The notes below the pieces were generated by a model. That model made no database searches. It was not told where the DNA came from and was given only the letters and a program-made list of their open reading frames with translations. Positions 11,340-22,182 of a DNA stretch of 64,000 nucleotides are shown here, one piece after another. The stretch's first letter is position 1; every line of letters begins with the position of its first letter. The DNA is taken from the NCBI GenBank assembly GCA_977862235.1, contig OZ374563.1, positions 744,001 to 808,000 on the forward strand, in the 5' to 3' direction. The position numbers and the translations under genes are program-made. This DNA comes from Dudresnaya verticillata (lineage: Eukaryota).

Positions 11340-13760
11340 ATGCTGGCATCGCATCTTGCCAGTCGTGTTCGCGCGGCGCGCCGCTACCTATCTCGTTTGG
11401 CACAGACGAGTCCTAATCCTGCCCGCCAAGTCGAAGACCAAGCCGAGCCATGGCCCAAGCCTCCTGTGGTGGACGGACCTGTGCGCGCCTCTACTGCTCA
11501 TCTCGTTCCGACTACGGTTGTTCAAGACAAACGCACCGCTGCGCAAGTAGTCGCAAAGCTCATGAGCCTTCCCTCTGAGACGCTTGTGGCGTGGGATACT
11601 GAGACTACCGATGTAAATCCTGCGAAAGAATCCCCCGTTGGGAAGGGCAGAGTGATATGTGCTACTGCCTTTGCCGGCGACAATGTCGACTTCGGGAATG
11701 GCTCAAGGTTGTTCGTGGATTGCTTAGATGGAGAGGGTGGCCGTGGTATGCTTGATGTCTTCAAAGGCTATTTCGAGAACCAGAGCTGCAAGAAAGTGTG
11801 GCATAATTACGCGTTTGATCGTCACGTGTTGGCCAACCATGGCATTGTTACCAGAGGTTTCGGCGGCGATTCAATGCACATGGCTCGGTTGTTAGACACG
11901 GCAAGGCAGAGGTATTCGCTAGAGGCGCTATGCAGATCCTTCCTGGATGACAGTGCTCTTGAGAAGCGTAGCATGATGGAGCGATTTGGAAGGCCAGAGG
12001 TATTGAAGGACGGACGCCTAGGACAGAAGGTGGTGATACCAACAACAATTGAACTCCAACGTGCTCAAGAGTTTCGTGACGAGTGGATAGAGTATGCAGC
12101 TTCAGACGCAGAACTCACGTATCGTCTTTGTAATACCCTGAGGACAAGGCTTGAACATGAGCGTATTGTTGGTGAGAACTGCATGCCTGAAATTGCTGAA
12201 AGGTTTGGGAGTATGTACGAATTGTACAAAAGTCTTTTGCTACCGTTTGGCGAGGTGTTGACGGATATTGAACGCACCGGGTTCAAGGTCGATGTTAATT
12301 GGCTACAGAAAGCCCAAATGCAAGCGGATGGTGATCGGCTGGAGCTGGAAGCAAAGTTTAGGGAATGGGCAGAGACAAGATCCCCAGATGCGCGGTATAT
12401 GAATGTGAATTCTGATGCCCAAAAGAAGTTCCTCTTTTTCGCACCGTACAAGAACAAGAAGACAAATGAGAGCCTTCCTGCTGCAAAGACTTTCTGTATT
12501 GAACCTGCGGAGTTCCTACCTGAATCGCTAGTCGCAGAAATAGCAAGCGAACAAGAGGTCGCTGAGAAGGAAGCAGAGAGGAAGAATGGCAAGCGCCGCA
12601 AGCTGAAGAAACACATTGAGCTTCACGGCTTGCGAAAACCTGTTGTGGAAACGACTGTCGGTGGCTGGCCAAGTGTGTCGGGGGCTACATTGCAGAAGCT
12701 CGCTGGGAAGCCAAGGGCAGACCCACCTCAATACGGTGATGGAAGCGACCCTGCAATGTGTGTTGCGGTAGATGAATTGATATCTGCGTCTCGAATATCT
12801 ACATTGATCTCGACTTTCATCGTTCCATTGCAGCAGTGGCCAGGAAGCGATGGGCGCATCCATGCATCTCTAAATCTCAATACGGAGACGGGACGGCTCT
12901 CATCTCGGCGTCCAAATCTTCAGAACCAACCGGCCTTGGACAAGGACCGTTATAGGGTGCGCCAAGCGTTTGTTCCTGAACAAGGTAATAGTCTTATTGT
13001 GGCTGACTATGGGCAGTTGGAGCTCAGGCTATTGGCGCACATTACTAACTGCAAGTCGATGATTGAAGCATTTGAGGCTGGAGGGGACTTTCATTCCAGA
13101 ACTGCGTTAACAATGTTTGATGAAGTGGCACTAGCCGTTGATCGGGGCGATTGCGTGCTTGAGAGGGAAGATGGATGGGAGGCAGCCAGCAGCCCTCCGC
13201 TTTTGAAGGATATGTTTGGTTCGCAAAGGCGAAAAGCAAAGACTCTCAATTTTTCCATTGCCTACGGAAAGACAGTACGGGGTCTTTCAAGGGACTGGAA
13301 TGTGTCTCTTAAGGAGGCGAAAGACACATTAGACTTGTGGTACAAGGAAAGGCAAGAAGTTTTGCATTGGCAGGAGAATTGCAAGCAGTTCTTGCACGAA
13401 GAGCATTACGTTGAAACAATCCTGGGGAGAAGAAGACATCTCCCTGATATTGCCAAGAAGGACTTCAAGAGCAGAGGTCACGCGGAGCGAGCGGCGATTA
13501 ATGCACCGTTACAAGGATCTGCTGCAGACCTTGTGATGGCGGCCATGGTCAAACTTCATCGGAACCGTGTGCTGTCCATGCTGGGATGGAAGATTATTTT
13601 GCAGGTGCATGATGAGATAATATTGGAAGGCCCGGATGAGACTGCAGAGGTAGCGCTTCCGATTGTGATCGAACAAATGAAGAACCCTGTCGACGTCCCG
13701 CTGCGCGTTGATCTGACGGTGGATGCGAAGTGTGCCAAATCATGGTACGAAGCGAAGTGA
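11340..13760 (+). CDS. POP: Plant/protist organellar DNA polymerase (POP, family A, 3'-5' exonuclease + polymerase)
   Basis: ExoI AWDTET, ExoII HNYAFD, ExoIII YAASD, TETGRLSSRRPNLQNQP, motif A ADYGQLELR, motif B RRKAKTLNFSIAYG and motif C QVHDE. First in-frame ATG is at 11340, followed by a presequence. Confidence 0.96.
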   Translation: MLASHLASRVRAARRYLSRLAQTSPNPARQVEDQAEPWPKPPVVDGPVRASTAHLVPTTVVQDKRTAAQVVAKLMSLPSETLVAWDTETTDVNPAKESPVGKGRVICATAFAGDNVDFGNGSRLFVDCLDGEGGRGMLDVFKGYFENQSCKKVWHNYAFDRHVLANHGIVTRGFGGDSMHMARLLDTARQRYSLEALCRSFLDDSALEKRSMMERFGRPEVLKDGRLGQKVVIPTTIELQRAQEFRDEWIEYAASDAELTYRLCNTLRTRLEHERIVGENCMPEIAERFGSMYELYKSLLLPFGEVLTDIERTGFKVDVNWLQKAQMQADGDRLELEAKFREWAETRSPDARYMNVNSDAQKKFLFFAPYKNKKTNESLPAAKTFCIEPAEFLPESLVAEIASEQEVAEKEAERKNGKRRKLKKHIELHGLRKPVVETTVGGWPSVSGATLQKLAGKPRADPPQYGDGSDPAMCVAVDELISASRISTLISTFIVPLQQWPGSDGRIHASLNLNTETGRLSSRRPNLQNQPALDKDRYRVRQAFVPEQGNSLIVADYGQLELRLLAHITNCKSMIEAFEAGGDFHSRTALTMFDEVALAVDRGDCVLEREDGWEAASSPPLLKDMFGSQRRKAKTLNFSIAYGKTVRGLSRDWNVSLKEAKDTLDLWYKERQEVLHWQENCKQFLHEEHYVETILGRRRHLPDIAKKDFKSRGHAERAAINAPLQGSAADLVMAAMVKLHRNRVLSMLGWKIILQVHDEIILEGPDETAEVALPIVIEQMKNPVDVPLRVDLTVDAKCAKSWYEAK

Positions 13761-14076
13761 GGGGTAAAGGTGCCAGGTTTATCAAGATGATTATGCATAC
13801 TGTACGGTACATTGTGCGTCTGCAGCCGTGTCACAAGCAATCGCCGCATTTCGTGATGGCAATCATCGGACAAAGTCAGCGAGAGGGCTGTCCCCTTCGC
13901 CTTATTCAAACGAAGTGAAACAAAAATGATTGTACATGGGACGACCGCTGTGTTTGCTTTACATTCCGGTGTCTTGTCGGGGCGCTTGGTTTCATTGTTA
14001 AGCGAAGGCCGTGCAGCCAGAGTTCAGGAACGCTCTTGGTGATCTTGTCACACAGTCTGATCGAACAAGGGTTCGC

Positions 14077-15861
14077 TTAGGGGGCTGGTGGTTTCTCTAC
14101 TGAGACAATGCGGCCAAGCCCCTTTGTTCGTCCCTCACGGAAGATAAAGCGAGCGCCTGGCTTAACGTACTCAGGGTAGTACATGAAGCGGAACTTGATC
14201 GTCGCGCGGTCACCAGTGCGGATGATTGGAGTGTCAATCGACAGTACTCTTGCAGCCTGTCGAATCGTCTCGCAATGCAACACTGGTTCGTAACCCTCAC
14301 GAATAGTCGTACCATGGTACAGTACCAAAACCTCGGCTATGAATTCGCGCACTGCTCCCGGGCGTATGGTAGCATCTAGCAAGACCATTCCCTTTCTTAC
14401 GGCAGAGCGCTTCACCTTCTTCAAGGCCAAAGATCCCGCCTGTCCTGCTACCACACGCTTAACAGGTGTCCGTTTGTAATGTACAGATTTCACCTGCGCT
14501 TTGATGAACTTTCCGCGACCGTCAGGGCCGAGGTTCAATACTTGGCCAAGGCTAACGGCGCCAGACGTTGTTGTTCCTGCTACAACTGTACCCACTCCAG
14601 GGACGACGAATGTTTCGTCAATTGCAAACTCAGCTGGCTTGTCCATATGCTCGCGCCAGTTTCTTCTTGATGGAACAAGGTTGAGGAAGGCTCGCAGCAG
14701 ATCAAGGCCCTCCCCGGTGACATTGGACAGCGAGAAAATTGGTACAACGCGATCGTTAACGATATTTTGGGCGCTTAGAGTGACCTCGTCCATGCCCTTG
14801 ACCATGACGGGCAGCTTCTTTCCAGCGCTAGGGCTCTTCAACAAGCGCTGCAGATGGTTTACAGTTCGCTCATACACGTGCTCCGGTGCAAGGTCGATCT
14901 TGGTTATGACGATGTACACGGGGACCTTGAGTGCGAGAGTGATAGCGAGGTGCTCCTTTGTCATTCTGAGGACACCCATGTTTGCTCCTACAACCAACAT
15001 ACAATAGTCGGGGGCATGGGCCGTGAGACCAAATACTGTTGTCTTGAGGTAACGCTCATGGCCGGCCAAATCGAAGAATGTGAGTACCTTGGAGGCCTTC
15101 TCGACGACGTCAGACCAGGTGAGGTTTCTTACGTTTGTGTAGTTTACAATCTCTCCTGAAGGAGCAAAACCGATAATTGCTTGCGAAACGGCTGATGTGC
15201 GACCAGTTTCTAGCTCGTGCTTGTGGGTGAAGATCTGCGAGCGCGCAAGTCCCCTACCATTGTCCAGGGCCCCAGACCCTGTTAGGACACCAACGAGGGT
15301 ACTCTTTCCAGAGTCGACATTCCCCGCTACGGCGATACGAATATCCAAATAATCCTCCAGGGCTTTGGGGACCTTGCGAACCAGGACCTGAGCTACGCGT
15401 CCTTCCTTTCCATCGGCCTCGCGCAGGACCTGGGTCTCGGCGCCGAGCTCGTGGGCCATGCGGGTAAGAGTCTCCAGCGACGCAGCTAGATGGGCGGCAG
15501 GCAAGCCCTTCTTGCGGCCGTTATCCTCGACACCGAGCTCGTAAATGGCTTCACCGTTACCCTCAGACAGACGGAATTTGAGCTGGGTTACAAGCTGTAC
15601 AAAGCGGTCGCCCGTTGGGTTGACCAGACGCCACTTGTACTCGACTGCGCCCTCGTCATCCTCGGGCAGGAGGTCGTCGGCATCGCGGACGCGCTCGTCG
15701 TCGAGGGACGAGCGGGTGGTGTCGGTGTCCGAGTGGGCGGGGTGTGCCGCGGCATGTGCTGCGGCTGACGCGGGAGGTATTCGGTCCTCGGCCATGGCGG
15801 GGGCGGATGTATTTGGAGCGCCACGCGAAACGGACTTGACCCAGTCGTGCGTGGAAGCCAT
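14077..15861 (-). CDS. GTPBP1: GTP-binding protein 1/2 (translational GTPase, GTPBP1/GTPBP2 family)
   Basis: EYKWRL..EGNGEAIYELGV, GNVDSGKST, HELETGRTS, DLAGHERYLKTT, TKID and FREGRTKGLG motifs; first ATG at 15861. Confidence 0.92.
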   Translation of the reverse strand: MASTHDWVKSVSRGAPNTSAPAMAEDRIPPASAAAHAAAHPAHSDTDTTRSSLDDERVRDADDLLPEDDEGAVEYKWRLVNPTGDRFVQLVTQLKFRLSEGNGEAIYELGVEDNGRKKGLPAAHLAASLETLTRMAHELGAETQVLREADGKEGRVAQVLVRKVPKALEDYLDIRIAVAGNVDSGKSTLVGVLTGSGALDNGRGLARSQIFTHKHELETGRTSAVSQAIIGFAPSGEIVNYTNVRNLTWSDVVEKASKVLTFFDLAGHERYLKTTVFGLTAHAPDYCMLVVGANMGVLRMTKEHLAITLALKVPVYIVITKIDLAPEHVYERTVNHLQRLLKSPSAGKKLPVMVKGMDEVTLSAQNIVNDRVVPIFSLSNVTGEGLDLLRAFLNLVPSRRNWREHMDKPAEFAIDETFVVPGVGTVVAGTTTSGAVSLGQVLNLGPDGRGKFIKAQVKSVHYKRTPVKRVVAGQAGSLALKKVKRSAVRKGMVLLDATIRPGAVREFIAEVLVLYHGTTIREGYEPVLHCETIRQAARVLSIDTPIIRTGDRATIKFRFMYYPEYVKPGARFIFREGRTKGLGRIVSVEKPPAP

Positions 15862-17768
15862 TGCCCGCGGGGGTACTGCGGAGGAGGGGGTGCGGGGCGG
15901 GGGTGCGGGCGGGGGAGCTACGAGGCTTTTGTGCGCGCTTGGAGACAAAGAGGAGATGCGGAGGGGGAGGGTCTGCGCAAGCGGCGGCAGAGGCAGGTGC
16001 AGCTACGGATGCAGCAGGGGCAGCGCTGGACAGCGGTGTGGTGAGGTGGTGCGGGAGGATAAGCGTGAGGAGGGCGTGGGAGCGAGGCGGGCAGCGGGGG
16101 AGGAGCGGGGCGCGATGTAACGCTGGCTGCCACGGAGACGAGGCGCGCAGAACGTGCGCGAGCGGCTGCGCGCGCGGCTATTGCGCGTGCGCGCTGCTCG
16201 CGGGGCGCCATGTCATGCGGGCGGCGGCCCGCCCGCGGGCCCGGCGGGGCTGAATTGCGGGCGAGCGTTGCGCCGCCGAGATTTGTGGCCGCTCGCAGCC
16301 CAATGGCGCTGGATGGCGGCGCACCCGCCGCCTGCCGAGCGCTGAATCCAACGGAATCTGAGCAATCTTCGCGCCTTCCCGCGCCCACTTCGAAATGCCG
16401 CTTGTTTTTTCGCACGCCCGGCAAATGACTGAACGGACCGCGGGGCCGTGCGACCCAGCGCCAAGGCACCTGCCCTCTCGCGGCTACCGCGCACCGTACG
16501 TGTCTTCCACGGGCCCACCGGTCCGTTTTCGAACGTGTGCCTGCGCTCCTCGCGGCTACTCACGTGAGGTCCGGCACGCAATAAATAAAATGCTGGAGTC
16601 CACCTGGCTTTAGGAATAAGAATACGCCACCCGAATCGGGATGCACACGGCGCACATCGAGATTCCGAAGATCGAGATTTGGGTATCCAGATTTGTCGTC
16701 ATTCAAGGCAAAGTGACAGGCTGTCCCCATTCTTCCTCATTACAGTCCGGCAGCGAGAGACAGCCTGTCGCGACTCTCATGCCATAGTGCTCCCCATCCC
16801 CGCTCGTGGGGCGAGCCGCGGAGTCCTCTCGACCCACACCACGCTGCGACAACAAACGCTTCCACGTAGGCGAGCTCACTCTTTTGATCTCACACATCGT
16901 GCCCTTGCAGCGTTGTGGCCCTGCAACTTGCAGGCTAAAAGTCTTCTTCTTCATCTCCCCACCCGCGAGATTTTCTCCCTCCCTCCGTCTTCCACTGCAC
17001 GTCCGGCCACCTGCTCACACACGTCGTCGCCGCGCCCAGCTTGCGTGCAGCCCCCCGTCACATTATACATTCTCAGATGCCTGCACGGGTGGCGCATCAC
17101 GCGCTTGCATTCCTGCTTCTTGCATGATGTACATAACGGGTAATGCGTTTCTGTACCGTGCTCTTCTCGCCTCGAAGGGATAACAATCTTCCAAAAAGGT
17201 TTGGTCTAAGAGTTGGGAGCACGGCCACAGTCCTTCCCAAATATCCTCTAGTTTGCCGGTCTCGGGTTTGTTTATTGCGCCTCCCGATGTATGCTGTTTG
17301 CAATTCTTGCTTCTTCCAAAGCTACTTGCGCGTGTTCTCACAGTGCGCAGCATTCGCGCTGTGCCGAGCGCGCACTGTACTGTTTCTATTCTCGGGCCTG
17401 TGCGAGCATGGCTGTGCTGCAAATTTTCGCTAGACGCCAAGTCCCAGAGCAATCGACTTTTCGCGGGGCACTTCGTCTCGTGACTGAACACCAATAGACA
17501 AACCGTAATGGAGCATCAAAACGTTCAAGCTTTTACGGGCAGTCTATTCCATATCCATCCTGCACAATACCCGCCGTTCCATCTAGTAAACAAATCTTCT
17601 CAACCAAGGCCACGTCAACTTTTCTCGGATCCCCGAAAATGCTACCAAAAGAAGAAGAAGATCGCCGGCCCCTGAGTCCAAGACACTTGAACAAACACAT
17701 AGCCCCAATTCCAGTTAGCGTTTGCAAGACAACTACGCCTGTCTACAGCACGATCCCTCCAGTGCCTC

Positions 17769-18692
17769 CTATCCAAGCTTCGTACCCTTCTCCTTCGCAG
17801 CACGCTCCGCAGCAGCTGCCAGTCGCCGTCTCCGCCGACGGTCCAACCGTCCGTGAAAACGGAAGCCCACCCGGGTGAGGTACATGGAGGAGATCAGTGC
17901 GAAGAGGAGAAAGGTAAAGTGCTGAAGCACGGAAAAGTCGTTTTGGAACGGATAGGGCCAGAGGCCGCCGTTGAACCTGGTGCAAAACGCCGTCCAGAAA
18001 AAGTAGCCCGTGCCGTAGCCCATGATCGTCTTGACGGCGCGGCGCTGTTTCAGGCCGTATTTGAGAAGCAACTCGGCGTCCTTGAGCACCGAGTCACCAA
18101 GGGCAAACACCAACGGATTGAGGTGCAGCAAGGCCATTTTTGAGTCATGATCCGGCACCAGCTGCGCGCGTAGCCTGTTCAGAGGATGAAAGTGCAGAAT
18201 GAGGTAGTATGCGAGGCCTACAAACGCGGCGAGAGGGAACACGACCGAGGTGAAGCGGTGCACAACAGCCTCGATAGACCGGGCGGTCCTGCTGAGGCGG
18301 CGGCGCAGCGAGAGCGACAGGAAGGCGTTGAGCAGGCACAGGCAGGCGTACCAGGTGCAATGGAGGTTTCCATGAAAGGTGAGGAAGAGCGAGTCGCGGC
18401 CAAAGCCTACAGACGCCGGGAGCGGGGTGCGCCCGGGGCCTTTCAGGACGACGAGCTGCACGTACAGCGCATAAAGGAAGGTCGGGGCCGCCACGGCGTA
18501 GAACAGAAAGCGCACCCAACGCAGCGCGCGCGGTGGCGAGTGCGGCGCTGACGCCGGCGCGCGCGACGGTGACCGCAGCACGGACGCGTTGGCGGCGCCG
18601 GCGACAGCGGTGCGGCGCGTGCGACGCGCGCGGGCGGCGGCGGGCGCGGGCATGGGCGCGGGCGCGGGTGCGGGGGAGGCTGGGGCGGACAT
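17769..18692 (-). CDS. FAR-17a/AIG1/ADTRP-like polytopic membrane protein
   Basis: About 6 hydrophobic segments; FLTF (conserved Thr), LLHLNP (His) and GLWPYPF motifs. Confidence 0.7.
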   Translation of the reverse strand: MSAPASPAPAPAPMPAPAAARARRTRRTAVAGAANASVLRSPSRAPASAPHSPPRALRWVRFLFYAVAAPTFLYALYVQLVVLKGPGRTPLPASVGFGRDSLFLTFHGNLHCTWYACLCLLNAFLSLSLRRRLSRTARSIEAVVHRFTSVVFPLAAFVGLAYYLILHFHPLNRLRAQLVPDHDSKMALLHLNPLVFALGDSVLKDAELLLKYGLKQRRAVKTIMGYGTGYFFWTAFCTRFNGGLWPYPFQNDFSVLQHFTFLLFALISSMYLTRVGFRFHGRLDRRRRRRLAAAAERAAKEKGTKLG

Positions 18693-18708
18693 GGCGGAGT
18701 CGCGGGGA

Positions 18709-18709
<1 letters not shown>

Positions 18710-18742
<33 letters not shown>
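18710..18742 (+). repeat. Poly-G homopolymer (33 nt)
   Basis: Uninterrupted G run 17 nt upstream of the minus-strand ATG at 18692. Confidence 0.95.
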
Positions 18743-18744
<2 letters not shown>

Positions 18745-20009
18745 TCGGAAGGGGCGGGACGGAGGGGGGGCTGCTCGAGGCGCGTGCGAGCGACGAATAA
18801 TAAATAGCGGCAGCTGGCTGCTGTTTCTGTACAACAAGCTGCCGCGGCGAAATTTCAGCATTAGCGGACAGCAGTGCGAAAATTGTGACGCGGTCGGCGC
18901 ATGGCGGCGGCGCAGCGCCGCTGTGCCGTGCCGACGTCACGCGCGCGGGTGCGGCGCGCACACGTGGCGCGCGGTTCCGGATGTGTCTGTCGGGCCGCGG
19001 GTTTTTCTCGCGCTCGTTTCGACGTCGGGGCCGGCAGACGCGCGGCCAAGCCCTTCGGCGCGCCGCAGATTCCACAGCCCGCGAGCGCGGCACGCAGTCC
19101 CCGCTAGCGCCGCTTGCCGCCCGCTCCTCGCGCCGCTGAGCTCCCGCAGCGCCGAGGTCACACCGCGCGCGCCGCGGTCACACCGCGCGCGCCGGTCCCG
19201 TGGAATGTGCCGACTGGATACGCGCGCCCTCCGCGCTGTGTGGCCTTCCCGCCAGTGCTGGTCCCGCGCGCAGAGCAGCGCCGGTCTCTATTGCTGACCC
19301 CGGCGTTTTTGCCTCCGCAACGGCATCTTATCTCTGCGTGAGGCGCGGTGCAGGCAGCTTTCGCCGCGGCCGCGTTCTTCCACGCAACCAAATCAAGGTA
19401 TCTAAGCTAAGGCAAGATAGATGGCTCATCACTGTTGCAATCACCACCGCGAACGGCACGTTGAGCGCATTTGCGTAAGGTTTAACAGAATCACCACGTT
19501 GGCGTTTTCATTATTATCTTTTACCGAACTTCTCTCCGCGCCGACATCCCTCCCCAACCCGTACGGACACGTGTCCTGGTATACCCTATGATGACCTTCA
19601 CCGCGCAATTGCCCTCAACGCACACGCCTCGCGCCATGCAAACCACCTGCTGCAATCGCCAGCAATCATGTCCGCACATCGCACCCGCCGGCCCCGGCCC
19701 CGCCCCACCGTCCCGATCGCATAGAGCAGCCACCCCGCAACACCCCCACCCGCCGCGCCTCGCGAAAGCCACCGTGACCCGACACACGCCGGCACCCCAC
19801 CACCACCACCACCGCCACCAGCGCAACCGAACCCTCAGCCCCTAAAAACCATCCGCAAACACCCCCGCTAAACCCACAGCACCCCAAGCGCCCGACCGCC
19901 GCCGCCATTCCGGCACGACCCAGCGCCTCTCCCCAGAGCCCGTGCTCAACGCGCGGGCAGGCCCGCCCCGGCAGACGGCCGCGAGCGCGCCGGGGGCCCA
20001 GCCGCGGCC

Positions 20010-20252
20010 CTACTCGTCGTCGTCGCGCTTCTTCGGCTTGTCCTTCGGCTGCCGCTGGTCGCGGTCGTCGCTGCCGGGGCCGCGCGCGCGCCGCGCAGAG
20101 CCCGCGCCGGGCAGCTGCATCCCGTCCGACCCGCGCTGTCTGTCGCGCCCGGCGTCGAACCCGTTGCCCATCAGCAGCAGCGCCATGGCGCCCAGCGCCA
20201 CCACCGCCCCTCCGAACGCTACGTCTGCCGGTGTTCCCACCGGTGCTGGCAT
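20010..20252 (-). CDS. Small (80 aa) hypothetical single-pass membrane protein
   Basis: ATG start, one hydrophobic segment (VAFGGAVVALGAMALLL), charged tail and GC3-rich codons. A TATA-like CATATAAG lies about 80 nt upstream (~20330-20337). Confidence 0.5.
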   Translation of the reverse strand: MPAPVGTPADVAFGGAVVALGAMALLLMGNGFDAGRDRQRGSDGMQLPGAGSARRARGPGSDDRDQRQPKDKPKKRDDDE

Positions 20253-20633
20253 TGCTTGTGTGCTTGTTCCGCCACGGCTGCCTCTGCTTTCGTCCCACGC
20301 CTTGAGCCTTTTCGATACCTCGCTACCCGCTTATATGCTCGCGAGTGGAAGCTCAGCCGCACGATTCGTGCCGCTTGCGAAATGCGTCTCCCGAGCTCAA
20401 AATCACCCCTGTAAGGCGCAATTCGTGGGGCAATCAGCTCGAGCCCTCTGTGTCCTCGCAGCGTTTGCAGGCCCCAGTCCTCTCTCCTTTGCCCTTCGTC
20501 GCTTCCAAAAAGTTCGTTGCACATTCAATGCATATCGACCCAATTTCAACAGCATGCACTGGCATGACAACGCCCTAGCCATGCTTCGGTCCAAACACTG
20601 CAACGCGACAGGACCTGACTCACTGGAAACCTC

Positions 20634-21687
20634 TCACGTAGCACGCTCTTTAGTGATTTCCTCGTAGATCTCATCCAAGTTGTCAAAGCCTTTCCTACTG
20701 CGGTGATCCATGTGTGCAGGAACATACCCATGTGCCACATAGTAGATTTCCTTCGACGCCTTTTTGCTAGCAGCAGGTTTCACAGCCTTGACCTTTACGA
20801 AGCTGGATTCCAAGTCCTTTCGAAACGCATTTTCCTCGGCTCCCATGAAAACCTTGCAGCAGAACACCCCACCGTTACGCAAAATTCGTTGTGAAAGCGC
20901 AAGCGCTTCATCGGCCAGTTGCATAATGAGTAGGTGGTCCCGCTCCTTTTCTCCTGTTGTGTTTGGAGCCATGTCTGAGAGAACGACATCAGCCTCTCGA
21001 CCAGCGAGCCCGAACAATATCTTTTGATAAGTGCCATCATCGTTTATATCCCCTTGCGCGTACATAGCTCCCGGGATGCACTCCATGTCTTGTAAATCCA
21101 CGCAAATAAGCTATTGACATCATTAACATCACAAGTCAGTACCACAATTGACCTTGGCCCTTCGCAACGAGAACTGCGCAGCGGGTGTCTGGAATATACA
21201 TACCTTCCCATACTTGTGCGGTGGAAAAGATCCGCCGATGGTTGGATTCAAAGGCTTCGGTAGTTGCATGGGAGCTTTCCTCTCGAGCAAGTTCCAGCAA
21301 TCGTCAGCCCTGTCCAGTCGAATGAGCTTTCCAGCTATCATTGAAAACCCCCCCGGCGACGCCCCCAAGTCAACCACAGCTGCCCCCTGTTCACAAGAAA
21401 GCGTACCCCAACTCCACTCTGTTAGAAGTCTATGTATGTCGTTCCAGCTCTAACGTTCGTGGCAAGAAAAAGACACTTACTTGACGCAAAAATCTGCCGG
21501 CGCGTTTGTTGATTTCATCAAGCTTGTACGCTGCTCGAGACCTCAACCCCTCTGCTATCGCCTTGTTTGCGTACATATCAGAATCCCTTTGCTGCTTCCA
21601 ACGACTGCTAAATGCTCTCGCTCTGCCCTGTACAGCCCTGTTGCAAATGTCCAACGCGGTCGGCACTGTCTTCTTTCCAAGTCCCAT
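20634..21687 (-). CDS. MRM2: RlmE/FtsJ-family rRNA 2'-O-methyltransferase (MRM2-like), three exons (21687-21481, 21386-21204, 21110-20634)
   Basis: RSRAAYKLDEI, VVDLGASPGG, DVVLSDMAPN, FCCKVF and KPAASKKASKEIY motifs. Phase-0 introns GTAAGT..AG (94 nt) and GTATGT..AG (93 nt) join the exons in frame. Confidence 0.9.
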
Positions 21688-21730
21688 TTTCCAGCTTTTC
21701 CGTTGGTCTCAACTAGACTTTGGCTAGTAG

Positions 21731-21809
21731 CAGTTCAGCTACGTCTAGTTTATGGACACGCGCTTCCCTCAGTTCAGCTACGTCTAGTTTATGGACATGC
21801 GCTTCCCTC
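21731..21809. repeat. 39-bp tandem duplication (2 copies, 1 mismatch)
   Basis: CAGTTCAGCTACGTCTAGTTTATGGACA(C/T)GCGCTTCCCT occurs twice in the divergent MRM2/PRP4 intergenic region. Confidence 0.95.
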
Positions 21810-22182
21810 CTACAGCAAGCGCTTTGCAAATCCACTCGCCGTCGTTGCTCCTGATGGTATCCTTTGTTTCTTCAGTTGTGCAAGCCTTTTTTCATCAATT
21901 TGGTAAAATTTCAAGAGAATCATTGATCCCGCCGGAGTTGCGGGAGTGAGGCCTAGGGCTCGCCCAGTACAAGTAGGTTCGTCGGCTGCGATTTGGGCGG
22001 CAAGAAACCGAGAATCTGGCATTTCTTCCGACAGCGAGCAACCAAGACCTCGCTATCTTCATTTATAGGTTGTTTTTCTGCTGGACGAATGCTTTGGACT
22101 CAGTCTCAGGAAGTTGGATGAGGGCTGATCTGCGAAGCATGCCATCAGTTCATGTCGATACTTGCCCCTGTTGTGCTAAAAC

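Noticed and set aside
15861..16620. Many overlapping Arg/Ala/Pro-rich ORFs here and at 18.1-19.9 kb and 32.4-33.2 kb
   Set aside because: Expected by-products of very GC-rich promoter/UTR DNA and antisense shadows of real genes; no motifs.
21731..21809. Possible CRISPR-like repeat
   Set aside because: Only two directly adjacent copies, no spacer, no cas genes, eukaryotic context.
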